Assembly (NCBI GenBank): GCA_012295275.1
Contig: CM022675.1
Span: 5,332,001-5,396,000 of the forward strand
DNA: 64,000 nt
Reading direction: 5' to 3'
Origin: Chrysomallon squamiferum
Taxonomy: Eukaryota; Animalia; Mollusca
Both the position numbers and the translations under genes were made by a program. The notes under the pieces were generated by a model. The model did no database searches and had not been told where the DNA came from. It saw nothing but the letters and a program-made list of their open reading frames with translations. Shown here in pieces: positions 47,613-63,292 of the stretch. Position 1 is the stretch's first letter; each line of letters opens with the position of its first letter.

Positions 47613-48222
47613 GTAAGATAATATGTGTTTTTGCGTCTATGTGTACATGGCTAAGATTTTACGTGTGTTATAAACTAGTTCATATTTAGATGAGTATATA
47701 CTATGGTAAGTGTATATGTATGTGTCTTTTTAAAAGCCAGTATTTTCATACGTGTAAGTTTCGTATTTATGTGTGTGTGCGTGTATGAGAGAGATTAACG
47801 TTTGATGAGTTTAATGGTATAAGCCAGAACATTTGCCTGTAAACTATGTCTGTGTGTGTGTGTCTGTGTGTAATAATCTAATAAGATTAACTGTATGTTA
47901 ATATACAACACTGTTTAATTTAAAATTGCTATTTTCAGACATAAATGAATGTGAACAAAACATCTGCTCTCAGAAGTGTACAGACACTGTGGGGAGTTTT
48001 ACGTGTTCGTGTTACGATGGATTTCAGTTGGCTGATGACAAACGTTCTTGTCAAGGTACTCTTGCAATATTCGTATTTTGTTTATTGTAGGTAAGCTTGT
48101 TGTTCGGTTTTGTGTGTGTATATGGTATTTGTGCAAACGACCACATTTCTCTGGGACAAGGTAATACATGTGTTTGTCATAAAACTACACCAGTTTATAC
48201 CAACATGTTTTTGATAACGTTT

Positions 48223-48261
<39 letters not shown>

Positions 48262-48263
48262 GT

Positions 48264-48343
<80 letters not shown>

Positions 48344-49705
48344 ACCAAAATAAAAAAATATAAACAGAATTCCACTGCGACTGAGAAAACAACATCCTAC
48401 CTTAGTGATTTACTAAGACAAATTCGTAAAATAACGTATTATATAAAGTTAAAATGATGTGTAAAATTTATAAGAAAATAAAATATTTTTTTTTATTTCA
48501 GTTTGTTTTAAAATAACTTATAAATTTAACATGGTGTCTGAATTTAAATTAATGTTTAAATATTTATATATTTCAGTTTGCCCTGAACTGACATACGGAG
48601 CTAACTGTGCTGAGAAATGTGAGTGTGGTGACACTGCCAGTCGCTGTGACAGTCGGTTTGGGTGTGTCTGTATTGAGGGGTGGAGGGAAACAAAGTGTGA
48701 TCAGGATATTGACGAGTGTAAAGAAAATGGAAACAACTGTGGTGATGGTATGTTGTGTGTAAACACACTGGGATCCTACAAGTGTGACTGTCCTACAGGA
48801 TATACTAAAAATACAACTAGTAATAAGTGTGCTGGTAAGTTCATTAAATGACTTAAAAGTGATTAATGCAATAATAATAATAATAATAACAACAACAACA
48901 ACAACAATGCCACTACCACCACCCATCAGCAACAATAACAATAACAACAACAACAGCTGTATATACAATACTAATAACAATAACAGTGTTGGATACATAA
49001 AACGTTTCCTAGTTGTCCTTGCGATTCAGAGTAGGATGCATTTCCAGATCACATCATACAGACATGTCTACCGAGCGTTTCTTTTCGAACTGCTACTAGA
49101 ATAGGAAACTTTGGCTAAGCTGATGCTGTGCATGACTTTCCCAGACACGTATTTCAGGAGCGTACGAATTGGACATTGTCTCCAGTTGTAAATAAACAAC
49201 AAAGCGTTAGTATGTCTTAAGTCATGCAGATTAGTAGAAACTACTGCAATTATTACTGCTACTGCTGCTGCTGTTACTCTTACTTCTACTAATACCACTA
49301 ATAATAGATAAGAGCAATATCAATAGCAAAACAGAGAAAAACATGCCAAAATATATTTGACATTCGAGATTTATCTCGAATGTGAAATTGAAGCTAACAC
49401 ACATACGGACATATACAAATTGACAAAAAAAAAAAAAAATGATTATGTGCGAATTTTGAAATGTAAACAGAATTTGTTTTCCCCCTAGATATCAACGAAT
49501 GCGAAACAGAGGCTAACACTTGTGTACAGATCTGTGTTAATGTGCCAGGTTCATTTTCCTGTTCATGTCGACCTGGATTCAAAGGAGACAACTGTACAGG
49601 TAAATTTATTATTTTTTGTTTTCTTGACATTTTATTTCTTCTTCTTCTTTTTTTTTTAAAATTAAATTTTATTAATTTATTGATTTATTTATCAATTATT
49701 ATTAA

Positions 49706-49752
<47 letters not shown>

Positions 49753-50637
49753 TAGGTGGTTTTTTTCCATTTTTTTTCTCAGATGTTGATGAATGCCAGA
49801 CAGATCAGCATGGATGTCAACAACGTTGTGAAAACGTGGTAGGAAGTTACAATTGTGACTGCTTGTTTGGGTACATCCTCAGTGATGACAGGAAGACTTG
49901 TAAAAAAGGTTTTGACTTTTTCTTTCACTTTGTTCTTTGTTTGCTTGTTTTCTTTTTATTTTCTTGTTGTTGTTTTTTTGTTGTTTTTTTTTTTTTTGTT
50001 ATTTAAATTGATTTCTTGTTTTTATTTTTTCACGTTTCTCTTAATGTTTAAATTTTGTTTTTAAATATTTTTATTTTATTTTAATTATTATCTAGTTTTT
50101 ATTTTATATAGAATAAAATTGCTGTTTCTGTCTCAGTTTGATATTTGTTAATTCATTAATTCATAATCCATTCTTTCGTCTCGTTCTTTTTTCATTCGCT
50201 AATTCGTTCTTTCTCTCTCATGTTTATTTGTTTCAGTGAAGGACGTGTGCCAATATTTTGGTCATCTTAACTGCACTCAAGGATGTTCTGTGAACGAAGG
50301 GTCAAAAGAGGCATATTGTTTCTGTGATACTGGATACAAACTAGCCACTGATAAAAAGACCTGTCTAGGTAACTCTATACTTTACTATCAGTGATTTTAT
50401 AAAAAAAACATTGCATTTCTGTAGAAATATGTAGTAAGTGTAAGTATATGTATGTTTATGATTCTAAATAAGTTTGTTTAAATTTTACATCTCAGTTGTT
50501 ATTTTTAAACATATTTTATATGAAGCGTATGTAAGTGTGTTTTGTGTATGTTTGTGTCAACGTGCATTTGTTTTTGTCTGAGTATATAAGTATGTGTTTC
50601 TAAGAATAAGTTTTAAGTATATATATGTATGTGTGTA

Positions 50638-50674
<37 letters not shown>

Positions 50675-51943
50675 ACTTCTGTCTTTGAATCTCTTCATCA
50701 CTTTTTTTATTTTAAAGTAGCTGTTATTAATAAATGTGTCCATATTAATTCATACAACATATTTTTGAAAAGGATGTTGGCAAGTCTAGATTAATTCATA
50801 CAAAATAAGATAAATGTATGACTGTGTTAATTCATACAAAATAATTTTGATGTGTTTTTAGACATTGATGAGTGTACACAACAACAGAGACACAGTACAG
50901 TTAAAATTTTAAATTTAAGTCTTAACTACACTTGTAAAGTTAAAATATTAACATTTAATGCTTAACTACACTTGTAAAGTTAAAATATTAACATTTAACA
51001 ATTAACTACACTTGTAAAGTTAAAATATTAACATTAACACTTAACTACACTTGTAAAGTTAAAATATTAACATTTAACACTTAACTACACTTGTAAAGTT
51101 AAAATATTAACATTTAACAATTAACTACACTTGTAAAGTTAAAATATTAACATTAACACTTAACTACACTTGTAAAGTTAAAATATTAACATTTAACACT
51201 TAACTACACTTGAAAAGTTAAAATATTTACTATTAACACTTAACTACACTTGTAAAGTTAAAATATTAATATTTAATACTTAACAACACTTGTAAAGTTA
51301 AAATATTAACATTTAACAATTAACTACACTTGTAAAGTTAAAACATTAATAATTAACATTTAACACTTAACTACACTTGTAAATTTAAAATATTAACATT
51401 TAACACTTAGCTACACTTGTAAAGTTAAAATATTAACATTTAACAATTAACTACACTTTTAAAATATTAATATTTAACACTTAGCTACACTTGTAAAGTT
51501 AAAATATTAACATTTAACACTTAGCTACACTTGTAAAGTTAAAATATTAACATTTAACACTTAACTACACTTGTAAAGTTAAAATATTAATATTTAACAA
51601 TTAACTACACTTGAAAAGTCAAAATATTAATATTTAACACTTAACTACATTTGAAAAGTTAAAATATTAACAATTAACACTTAACTACATTTGAAAAGTT
51701 AAAATATTAATATTTAACACTTAACTAAACTTGGAAAGTCAAAATATTAATGTTTAACACTTAACTACATTTCTAAAGTTAAAATATTAACATTTAATAC
51801 ATGCACTTTTAACAACACACACATTTATTATTTTAGTTTGTTTGTTCATTTATTTGAGTTAATTTTATTATTCATGTCTTTGTTTATGCATTTTCTATGA
51901 ACATATGTGTGTATTTGTTTGTTATTTGTTTATTTTTTATTTT

Positions 51944-51974
<31 letters not shown>

Positions 51975-52379
51975 TTTTTTTTATTTCAGCTTGTGATTCG
52001 TCACACTGGGGGGAGAGTTGTAGCAATGTTTGTGGGTGTGGTATTGGTTCCTCGTCCTGTGACCCTCAGACTGGGTGTGTGTGTAAAGCTGGCTGGCGGG
52101 GTGAGCTCTGTGATGAGGACATTGATGAGTGCAGTGGTCAGGTGACCTGTGTTTCTAACTCAGTCTGTGTAAACACTCCAGGCTCCTACATCTGTAATTG
52201 TAGTGCTGGTTACAGGATGAACAACAACACCAACACTTGTGAAAGTAAGTCTCTTTGTCTTCTATATTTCAGTCTGTGTGTGTGTGTGAGTGTGTGTGTG
52301 TGTGTGTTGTGTGTGTGTGTGTCTCTGGATAAGTACTTCTGTCTTCTATCTTTCTGTGTGTGTGGGTGTGTGTGTGTCA

Positions 52380-52411
<32 letters not shown>

Positions 52412-52710
52412 GACTGTAACTCAGGTGAATGAACAACAACACCAAAACTTGTGAAAATAAGTCTTTTTCTCAGTCTGTCTTTATGTGTCTGTGTCTGTGT
52501 GTGTCATTATCTGTATAAGTCTCTGGATGTATGTGTCAGTTTGTGTGTGGATGTGTATGTACCTGTGTGTGAGTGTGTCTATGTATTTATGTTGTGTAGA
52601 TATATGTGTATTCATGTATGTATGTATGTTCTTTGCTATAGTGCATAAGATTTTATATGAAAAAATACTTAAGAGAAAAAAAATATATACATATATATAT
52701 ACATACATAC

Positions 52711-52768
<58 letters not shown>

Positions 52769-53298
52769 TTCTGAACATATATAGTTGAATGTCTCTGTAT
52801 TTTACCTCAGTTATAAAAAGATGTTCATAATTATAATGAAAATGTTATATGTGTAATTTGTTTTGTAAACAGATATTGATAAATGTGGTAAACACTTATA
52901 AATTGGTTTATGTATATTAATTTATTTGTAAACATATTGAAAAATGTAGTAAAAAGTTATACAAGCATACACAAGTATTAATTTGTTTGTAAGCAAATAC
53001 TTATACATTTAGCAAATGGTTATACAAATATTAATTTATTAGTAAAAATATTGATATATGCAGTAAAAAGATTATACTATTGTTTACATGAATTCTTTAT
53101 TTGTAAACAGATATTGATGAGTGTAGTGAAAAACTGCACATTTGTGACCAGAAGTGTGAGGATCAACCTGGAAGTTTTCTTTGTTCTTGTTTCTCTGGGT
53201 TTGTATGGAGCACCACAGACAAAGAATGTAAAGGTAAAAATACTTAATGTTAATATAGGTAATAATAACAACATAATAGTAATATGCAAAATAATAAA

Positions 53299-53347
<49 letters not shown>

Positions 53348-54589
53348 TGATAATGATGATGGTAATAATAATAGCAACAACAACAACAGGAAGAACAATA
53401 ATAATAGTAGTAGTAAAATAAATAACAATAAACAGTAGTAACATAAGTAATAATCCTAATAAAAACATAATTAGTAATATAGGTAATGATAATAAACATA
53501 AATAGTAATATAGATAATAACAATAAGTATAGTAGTGATACAGGTAATAATAACAAGATACTATTAGTAGTAATAGACAGGCAATACATAGCAGTAAATT
53601 AAATGTTTTTTTTTTTTTCATCAGAGTAATATTTTCCTAATTAATACAGTACAAAGAGGAGGGAGTAAATAACACACAATTGAATTGTTTACTTGAAAAC
53701 AAACAGTAAGTATTTGTTCTGCTTCACAGATGTTGATGAATGTGCAATAAAGAAAGATGGCTGCTCTCAGATCTGTACTAACACTCTTGGTGGATATGAC
53801 TGCTCCTGTAACAAAGGATTTAGACTTAATACCACTGATAAAAAGTCATGTATATGTAAGTTTAAACAAACATACACAGGCAAATAAATAGTGTTTAACA
53901 CACAGATATACAACAACAACAACAACATAATAATAATAATAATAATAATAATAATCATGATAATAATATAAATATCTGTACATGTGTCCTGACATACACA
54001 GAAATACCCATTAATTTATGCAAAATAAAATAAATTAAAAATAATAAAACAACAACAAAAAATAACTGAATGAATAAATAAAAATAATGAAACAACAAGA
54101 AAGCACCAAAGAAAAAGAAAACCTAAACCGTATCCATTTACTCACACATACATATATATATATATACATACACACACACATACATACACAAACACAAATA
54201 TATGCATGAATGCATACATACACTAAATGACACACACACACACACACACACATACACACATACACAAAGAGTTGTGCACACATACATGTTCAGACTGAAG
54301 ACAGACTGAGGAACACAGTTATATAAATATTTCTTTCATTACAGTGGAGTCAGTGTGTCAGGTTGCATCTGTCTGTGATAAAACTAATGGAGGCTGTGTG
54401 AGAAAAGGATCTGTGGATACATGTTACTGTAACAGTGGATATCAGCTAAATACAGCTGATCTCAAAACTTGTTACGGTAAGAGCTTAAATGTAATTCTTG
54501 TATTTATTATTTATTTATTTCTTCTTATTTATTTTTTAATTTTTATTATTATTATTTTGTTATTTAATTGTTGTTGGATTTTTTGTTGT

Positions 54590-54628
<39 letters not shown>

Positions 54629-57597
54629 TTTTTCTAAATTAGATCATTACTCTTGGAATACGAAGAACAGGCACAATAAATCATTTTGTGTTATGAATTA
54701 AGCTCTAAATTTATCTTTGTTAATAAATATTATTGTTACTATTAAGTGTAAAATTCTAAAATTATTTTTGTTGCAAAATAATATTATTTTATCAAGAGTA
54801 AAACTAAATCTTATCTTTGTTACTAAATAATATTATGTTAGTATATAAAGAACATTTACTAACCATATAAAATGCCACTAGTTTCTGCAGTTCTTCTTCT
54901 TTTTTCTCTTCTTATTATTATAACTGTTACTGTTGTCATTATTAATATTATTATTGTCATTATCATTACTTTTATTATAATAATAATTGTTGATGTTGCT
55001 TTTCTTGTTCTTCTTACCATTATTATTATTATCATCATCATCATCATCATTATTAATATTTTTATTTTTATTATTGCAATCATCATAATCATTATAATTA
55101 TAATGGTTAGTAGTAGTAGTTATATCATCATCATCATTATCACTATTATCATTACAGATATTATTATTATTATTAGGTTATTAAATTACAAATTGTTGTT
55201 GTTATTATTATTACAGGTATTGTTGTTTTTGTTGATGTTACTATTATTGCTATTATTATTGTTGATGTTGTTATATGTTTACTGACAGATATAAAAGAGT
55301 GTTCTGCTATGCCAAGTCCCTGCAGTTCTAATGGTCAGTGTACAGAAGAAGAAGGTTCATACAGATGCAGCTGTAGTGCAGGTTATAAACTACAAAGTGA
55401 TGGTGTCACCTGTACAGGTAATACATTATTTTTTTACACAGTTTGTCATTGGTAGATAATTGTTATACAGCAAAGATCAGGAGAGGAAAAGAATTTTGAG
55501 AAATTAAGAAATTTAAGTAAAAGGATACACACACATACATCTTGACGAGTTTTTGGAAGACATCTTTCATTTTAAAACAGTTTATTTATTTATTTTATTT
55601 ATTTTGATGTTATTAAATTGTTTTCTTCTTTTGTCCTTCATTCACCATTCTTCTTCTTTTTCTTTTTCTTCTTCTTCTTCATAATCATTATAATCTATTA
55701 TTATTGTTTTTATTGCTATTGTTGTTGTTAATGTTGTTGTTATTTTTATTTTCATTATTATTACTGTTATTATTTTCAGAGTGTACAGAAGGAACATATG
55801 GAGTTGACTGTACACAAAACTGCACTTGTTCAGTGACAAACACAGAGTCTTGTAATAAAGTCAATGGTACGTGTATGTGTAAAAGTGGATGGAAGGGAGA
55901 CAACTGCACTGAGGATATTGATGAGTGTACAACACAAAATATCAGCTGTGGAGACAATGGAAAATGCAAAAATTTAAACGGATCATATGTGTGTGAATGT
56001 GAAGTAGGCTACTTCAGATCAGCAAATGTCTGCAAAGGTAAATATGAAGTAGTGAAACACTGGCACTTAAATAAAACAAATCTGTCAGAGATAAAGTACA
56101 CAGTAAATTCTACAGTGGTTCCTGTCATTTAGTCTGGGTATGAAACAGATACACATTAATCTTTTATTACAGATCAGCTACACAAATAACTTTACACTGA
56201 ACTTTTGATCAGAGAGTAAAATGCTAGAGATGACTGATACACAGATCTTTTGATTACATGACAAATACAATAATTCAACAAATATTTTTCTTACAGATAT
56301 CCATTTCAAAATTATGTACCACCCATTTGACTTCTCAAACACAAGGAGGCAGAGTTAAACTCTATTTAGCCTTGTTTAAAATGGTCATATCAGTTTAAAA
56401 AGAATATTACCACACACAACGTTACTGCAAAGTCTATATCTATTGCTCTGTAGTGACAGCTATGTAAAACTGATATACATTAATAAAGAGAGGACAGGTG
56501 CATCTACTTGTACAACTCATAGACATTAATACTGAGATGACAGATAAAACTATGTATAAATAAATATTTGTCTGAATGTAGACTGATATGTTTTCAGTAA
56601 AATATTTAAATAATAAGAGCTATGTATTTGTTATTTCAATTTCTGATCACAAACACTATGATAATTAATTTACTGTTTGTGATTTCAGTTTGTGATAATT
56701 AATTTATTGTGTTTGTGATTTCAGATTGAGATGACAAACACTGATAATTAATTTACTGTGTTTGTGATTTCAGTTTGTGATAATTAATTTACTGTGTTTG
56801 TGATTTCAGTTTGTGATAATTAATTTACAAGTTTGTGATAATTAATTGACTTTGTTTGTGATGACAGACATGACAGACAATGTAATAATTAATTGACTGT
56901 GTTTGTGATTTCAGTTTGTGATGACAAACACTGGGGTGTGAACTGTGCTAACTCCTGTGTGTGTACAGTCAATGCTGTCAACTGCAGCTCGGTGGATGGA
57001 AGTTGTACGTGTAAAGAAGGCTGGGAAGGAGAAGACTGCGGAGCTGATATCAACGAGTGTGAGAGAAACAAAACAATCTGCAGCAGTTTTGATCATTCTG
57101 TGTGTAACAACAAAAATGGATCTTACAGCTGTGACTGTCAAACTGGTTACAGTAAAAACAAAGATGGAACCAACTGTGAAGGTAAGGAGCTGAAGCTTTT
57201 GTATATGTGTGTGTTTGCATGTTTGGTTTCTGTTTGTATATATGTTTGTGTGTGTGTATTTGTCTGTGTTTGTGTGTTACTGTGTGTGTGTTTTTTGTGT
57301 GTTTGTGTGTTTGTGTATGTGTTTATGTATATGTGTTTGTGTATATATATTTTTTTTCTTTAATTCTATTTTATCAGTGTTGCAAATGAAATCTGGGATT
57401 ACTTTGTTCCGATGTGAATGCAAAACAGAGATGAAGATTCATTATTACTATTATTATAATTATCTTTATGATTATCATCAACATTATTATTATGATTATG
57501 ATTATTAAAAGAGCAGCTACTGCTACTATTACTAGTATAATTACTATTATTAATACTGTTATTATTTTTATTATTATTATTATTATTATTCTTGTTA

Positions 57598-57674
<77 letters not shown>

Positions 57675-57978
57675 CCATTATTATTATTCTATTGTTATTA
57701 TTATCATTATTGTTATTGTTGTTGTTGCAGATATAAATGAATGTATGGAAGGTACTGACAACTGTGGTACCCCTATATCCACTGTCTGTAAAAACACAGA
57801 TGGATCTTTCACTTGTGAGTGTAAGACAGGATACTCCAGAAATACAGCTGGAATTTGTGAAGGTAATTCTAATATTTACTTGTTCATTTATTTGTGCATT
57901 TGTTTCAGATATCAATGGCAGTTTTAAATAATTTACATCTATGATGCAATATGTACTTTTTATGACATACACATACAG

Positions 57979-58043
<65 letters not shown>

Positions 58044-58303
58044 CATTTCAGATATTAACTAATGCTTGACGAACTACCACAGATGTGAACAGCAATGTCT
58101 AAATCTTTTCCCACAGAGTACAGATCGTGCATATATTTTGAGAATTGTTAATGTGTATCAATTTCTGCTATCATGACTAGACACCAATTCATGCAACATA
58201 CATTTCCTTTAAGAGTAGTAGATCACATATCTATTTATTTAGATGTTTATTTATTTGTGCATTTGTTTAAATAATTTACATCTATGATGCAATATGTATT
58301 TTT

Positions 58304-58339
<36 letters not shown>

Positions 58340-60935
58340 CATGTGTATATACATACATGTACATGTAACTGTAAATATGTACATGTGTATGTGTATATAT
58401 ATATATATATACATATTATCATTTTAGATATTAACGAATGTCTGACAAGCTACCACAGATGTGAACAGCAGTGTCTAAATCAAGATGGAAGTTTCAAATG
58501 CTACTGCTCTTCTGGTTATGTCATAAGTCCACAAGACCCGAAGACGTGTGATGGTATTTAAATTAATACACAATCCATTATCATATAATATATTTCTAGG
58601 CTGGAGGTTCTTTCACAGCTTTGTGTTTTTGCAGTGTTTTCCCAGAAATTTCAAGCTGTAGTTAATATGTATTGTGCTTTAATTTTTTAAATTTTTTTAT
58701 CTTTTAGTTTTGATTTAATAATTGCTATATTATCTAGTCCTGTCATGTCTTTGACAGAGATCACTAATCCATTCCTAACTCAACTGTTACAGTCGTCTGA
58801 TACAGTCCTAATTTAAATGTAACCAAGTCCTCTTACACGGCCCTAATTTAACTGTAACCAAGTCATCTGATACAGAGTTAATTCAACTGTAACCCATTTC
58901 TCTGTCACAATCCGACTTTAACTGTAACAAGTCCTCTGATACAGTTCTAAATTAACTGTAACCAAGTCCTCTGATACAGCTATAATTTAACTGTAAGCAA
59001 ATCTGATACAGAGCTAATTTAACTGTAACCATGTCTTCTGGTAAAGTCCTACTTTAACTGTAAACAAATCTTCTGATACAGTCCTAATTTAACTGTAACA
59101 AAGTCCTCTGAGCAATAGGAGTGCATAATATTTCTAAATGTAATTGGTATTTTGGCACCCTAATTCAGTGACATAAATATGTGTATGTTTTTTTCTAAAG
59201 TGAACATGGCTATGAATAAGGAGACTTTTATACATTTCATTTTATAATTTTATTCTTAATTTTTTTTGTTTCAGCTATTTTAGAAATAAAAATATTATTT
59301 TTTAAATTTATTTCATTGTTATATTTATTTATTTATTTATTTTTTATTACTTTTTAGAAAAGAAAAAGTGAAAAAAGAAGAAGATGTGTATTTAAAGATT
59401 ATTTATAAGACAATATAAAAATGTGCTGGTACATTAATTTGAAAAATATAAAACTTGAAAGGAAATTATATTTTACAAATTAATGTTGTTTTTTTTGTCA
59501 GTCTTGTTGTTGTTGTTGTTCAAGCATAATGAGTCTTTTCAGAGACTAACTGAAATATTTCTCTTATTTTCTTCTGTTCATAGCAACAAAAACAATTCCT
59601 GCTACTGTGACACTTGACTACAACCTGAGAAATATAAATCCAACCTCAGCAGAGTATCAACAAGACTTAAAGATGATAGAAGACATTGTAAGTTTGTATC
59701 AGACTGAAATAATTAATGAATGATGGGCAAATGAGTTGAAGGATGGACTGAAGTGTGAACGGATGGATGGATTTAAGTATGGATGGATGGCAAAATGTAT
59801 CATTTAATAGTTGTCTTAATAGTTAAAAACAAAATTGTCACTTAGTATCATTGTATTGTTGTTTTAATAGTTAAAACTAAACTTACATGTTACGATCATC
59901 TAATAGTTTTCTTCACTGTAAAAAAATATAATAACACTTAGTATGGTCTCATAGATGTTTTCACAGTTAAAAATATTTCACTAAGTATCAGCCCATAGTT
60001 ACCTTCATGACTACATTTTATGATTTTATGTGTGAAACATTGCATAATGAGGATACACATTTTCAGTTTTAGTTTGACATTGGCAAACTGAAGTATGTTT
60101 CATTATATTACTGTTTTTATTTGAGTTAATGGAACTTCAATATAGACAAAGTATATTTCTTGTTTCTATTTTAAAACGTTTCTATTTTACTGTATTTTTA
60201 GTAGTAGTAGTAGTAGTATTGTATTAACTTTCAATAAAACTGAATTATGTTCTTTTATTTTTTTTAAATTTTAGTTGATAAAATACTTCAAAAAAGTTGT
60301 TGTTGGGTTTGTTGCTGTAATTATCAAGAGTTTAAGTAGAGGTAGCACCATTATTGTGTATGAAGTCATCCTAAACAAAGATGTACCAGATGTTGATTCA
60401 ACAGCATCCTTCAGGAAGGCTGTTGTTAATCTACCACTGGCAAAAATCACTCTGAACAATCAGTCAATCTCAGTCATTTCTCAACAAGTGAATGGCACAG
60501 CCAGTAAGTAGTGAAATGTTTTCTGAAATATTTTTGCACTCAGACAATGTTAAAGAGTTCAGTTTACAGTAACGTAGCCCATTTCAGATGCTCTAGTCTA
60601 GATATATTAAAATTGTTTTGTAAAATTAAGATCTCTGACTGACTGGTAAACCAAAACAGTCAGGTAAACATTCAAAAATCATTAAAAAAAAATAATAATA
60701 ATAAAACAGAAAATTGCAGAACTTGATATAAATATTACCATTATATTTGTCAGTCTAGGTTTAAACTTTAGAATTTCATACAGATTCATTAACTTTGACA
60801 ACTTGTTCTCAACTGTCACAGCCTTTCAGTTACTTTTGTATAATTGTTTTTTTTAATTTATCTTCTTATTATTATTATCATTATCATCATCAGAATCATA
60901 ATTATTACTGTTGTTGTTGTTACAATTATTACTAC

Positions 60936-61014
<79 letters not shown>

Positions 61015-61762
61015 TTTGAAACACAAATGAAACAAACTGCTAATCATGACTTTATGTTCTTTCTTTATGTTTTATTTTTTTTTTTTTTTTTTCTCCAGTA
61101 ACCAAGGATACAAATCTGTGTTCATTACTTGTTGATCTTGGAGAGTGTCCATCATTGGAAAGGTGTCAAGTTGTTGATGGTGTTCCAAAATGTAGTTCCG
61201 TGAAACTAGATGGTAAAGATAAAAGTTATTAAATATGTAGATGTATCATAGTGTTTTATATAAAATCAATTGCTATCAGTGTTAGTGTTGTTTTTTTTTG
61301 GTTTTCTTATTTTATATATTTTTCTGTTTTTTTTTTCAAACATAATCTCTCTTTTGAGTGCTTTACTGAAACATTTCTCTTATTTTCTTCTCTTTTTAGC
61401 AACAAAAATAATATCTGCGGTTATAACACTTGACTACAACCTGAGAAATATAAATCCAACCTCAGCTGAATATCAACAAGACTTAAAGATGATTAAAAAC
61501 AGTGTAAGTTTGTGTCAGATTGAAATAATTAATGTATGATGGGCAAATGAGTTGAAGGATGGACTGAAGTGTGAACAGATGGATGGCTGGATAGATGGAT
61601 GGATGCAAAAAAGTGTCATCTCACAGTGGTCTTAATAGTTAAAAAACAAAACTGTGGCTTAGTAATATTGTATTATTGTTTTAATAGTTTAAACTATTTA
61701 TTTTAAAAAAAAATTATTATTATTATTATTATATCTTTTCTGCACTTTCGTATTTTTTTTCT

Positions 61763-61802
<40 letters not shown>

Positions 61803-63129
61803 TTTTTTTTTTTTTTTTTTTTGTGTGTGAGTGCCATTTTATTTGGTGTGTTAATATTCAATAAAATTGAATTATATTCCTTTATTGTTTATTTTAGTTG
61901 ACACAGTACTTCATGAAAACTGTTGCTGGGTTTGTTGTTGTAATTATCAACAGTATGAGAAGAGGTAGCACTATTGTTGAGTATGATGTTATCCTAAACA
62001 AAGATGTACCAAATTCAACACCATCATTCACAAAAGCCATTGTTGATCTACCATCAGCAAATATCACTCTCAACAATTTACTCATCTTAGTTATTTCTCA
62101 AAAAGTGAATGGCAAACCCAGTAAGTAGTGAAATGAATATTTTGCACTCTAATAATTTTAAAGCATTCAGTAGACAGTAATGTAGCCTGTTTCAAATGCT
62201 GGAGCAGTCTAGAAATGATATCAGAAAAATTGTTTTGTAAAATTAAGATCTCTGACAGATTGCTAAACCAAAACAGTCAGGTAAACATTCAAAAATCATT
62301 AAAAAATATTATTATTTTGAATTTTAGTTTTTTTAAATTGCGAAACTCGATATGAATATTAACATTTTATTTGTCAGTCTAGGATATCATACAGATTAAT
62401 TAAATTTAACAACTTGTTCTCAAATGTCACAGACCATCAGTATCTTTTGTATGTTTATTTATTAATTCTTCTTCTTCTTCTTATTATTATTATTATTAGC
62501 AGCAGCAGCATTGTGATTATTACTATTATTACCATCATTATTATATTTATTATTGTTGTTGTTATTATTATATATGTTACTACTTCTATTCTTCTTATTA
62601 TTATTATTCTTATTCTTATTATTATTTTGGAGAAAACTAATTTACAACTGAAATAGATTGCTTATTATCATTTAATTTATTTCATTCTTTCTTTCTTTAT
62701 CTATGCTTTTATATATCTTTTTTTTTTCTCTCCAGTAACCAAGAATACAAGTCTGTGTTCATTACTTGTTGATCTTAAAGGGTGTCCAGCATTGGAAAGT
62801 TGTCAAATAGTTGATGGTGTTATAAAATGTAGTTCCTTGAAATCAGACAGTAAGGATAAATGTTATTTTAGAAAAAACTAATTTCTGATTAAATCTGTTG
62901 ATGTATCTTGGTGTTTTGTACAAAATCAAGTGTTATCAGTCTTGGTGCTGTAAACAGCAGCTGTACTTAACTGATATGAAAATTTGAAATTGAACCAGTC
63001 AGTATTCTAATGTTTGGAAGAAAAAAACCCAAAAGAAAACGAAAAAGTAAAGTTAAAATCAAAATGTTAGTTTGAAATTATTATTACTGTAGATGCACTG
63101 ACATAAAAACAAAAACAGTCATAAATAAA

Positions 63130-63206
<77 letters not shown>

Positions 63207-63240
63207 ATTTCTCTTTGTCTCGCTCTCTTTCACTATCTCC

Positions 63241-63292
<52 letters not shown>

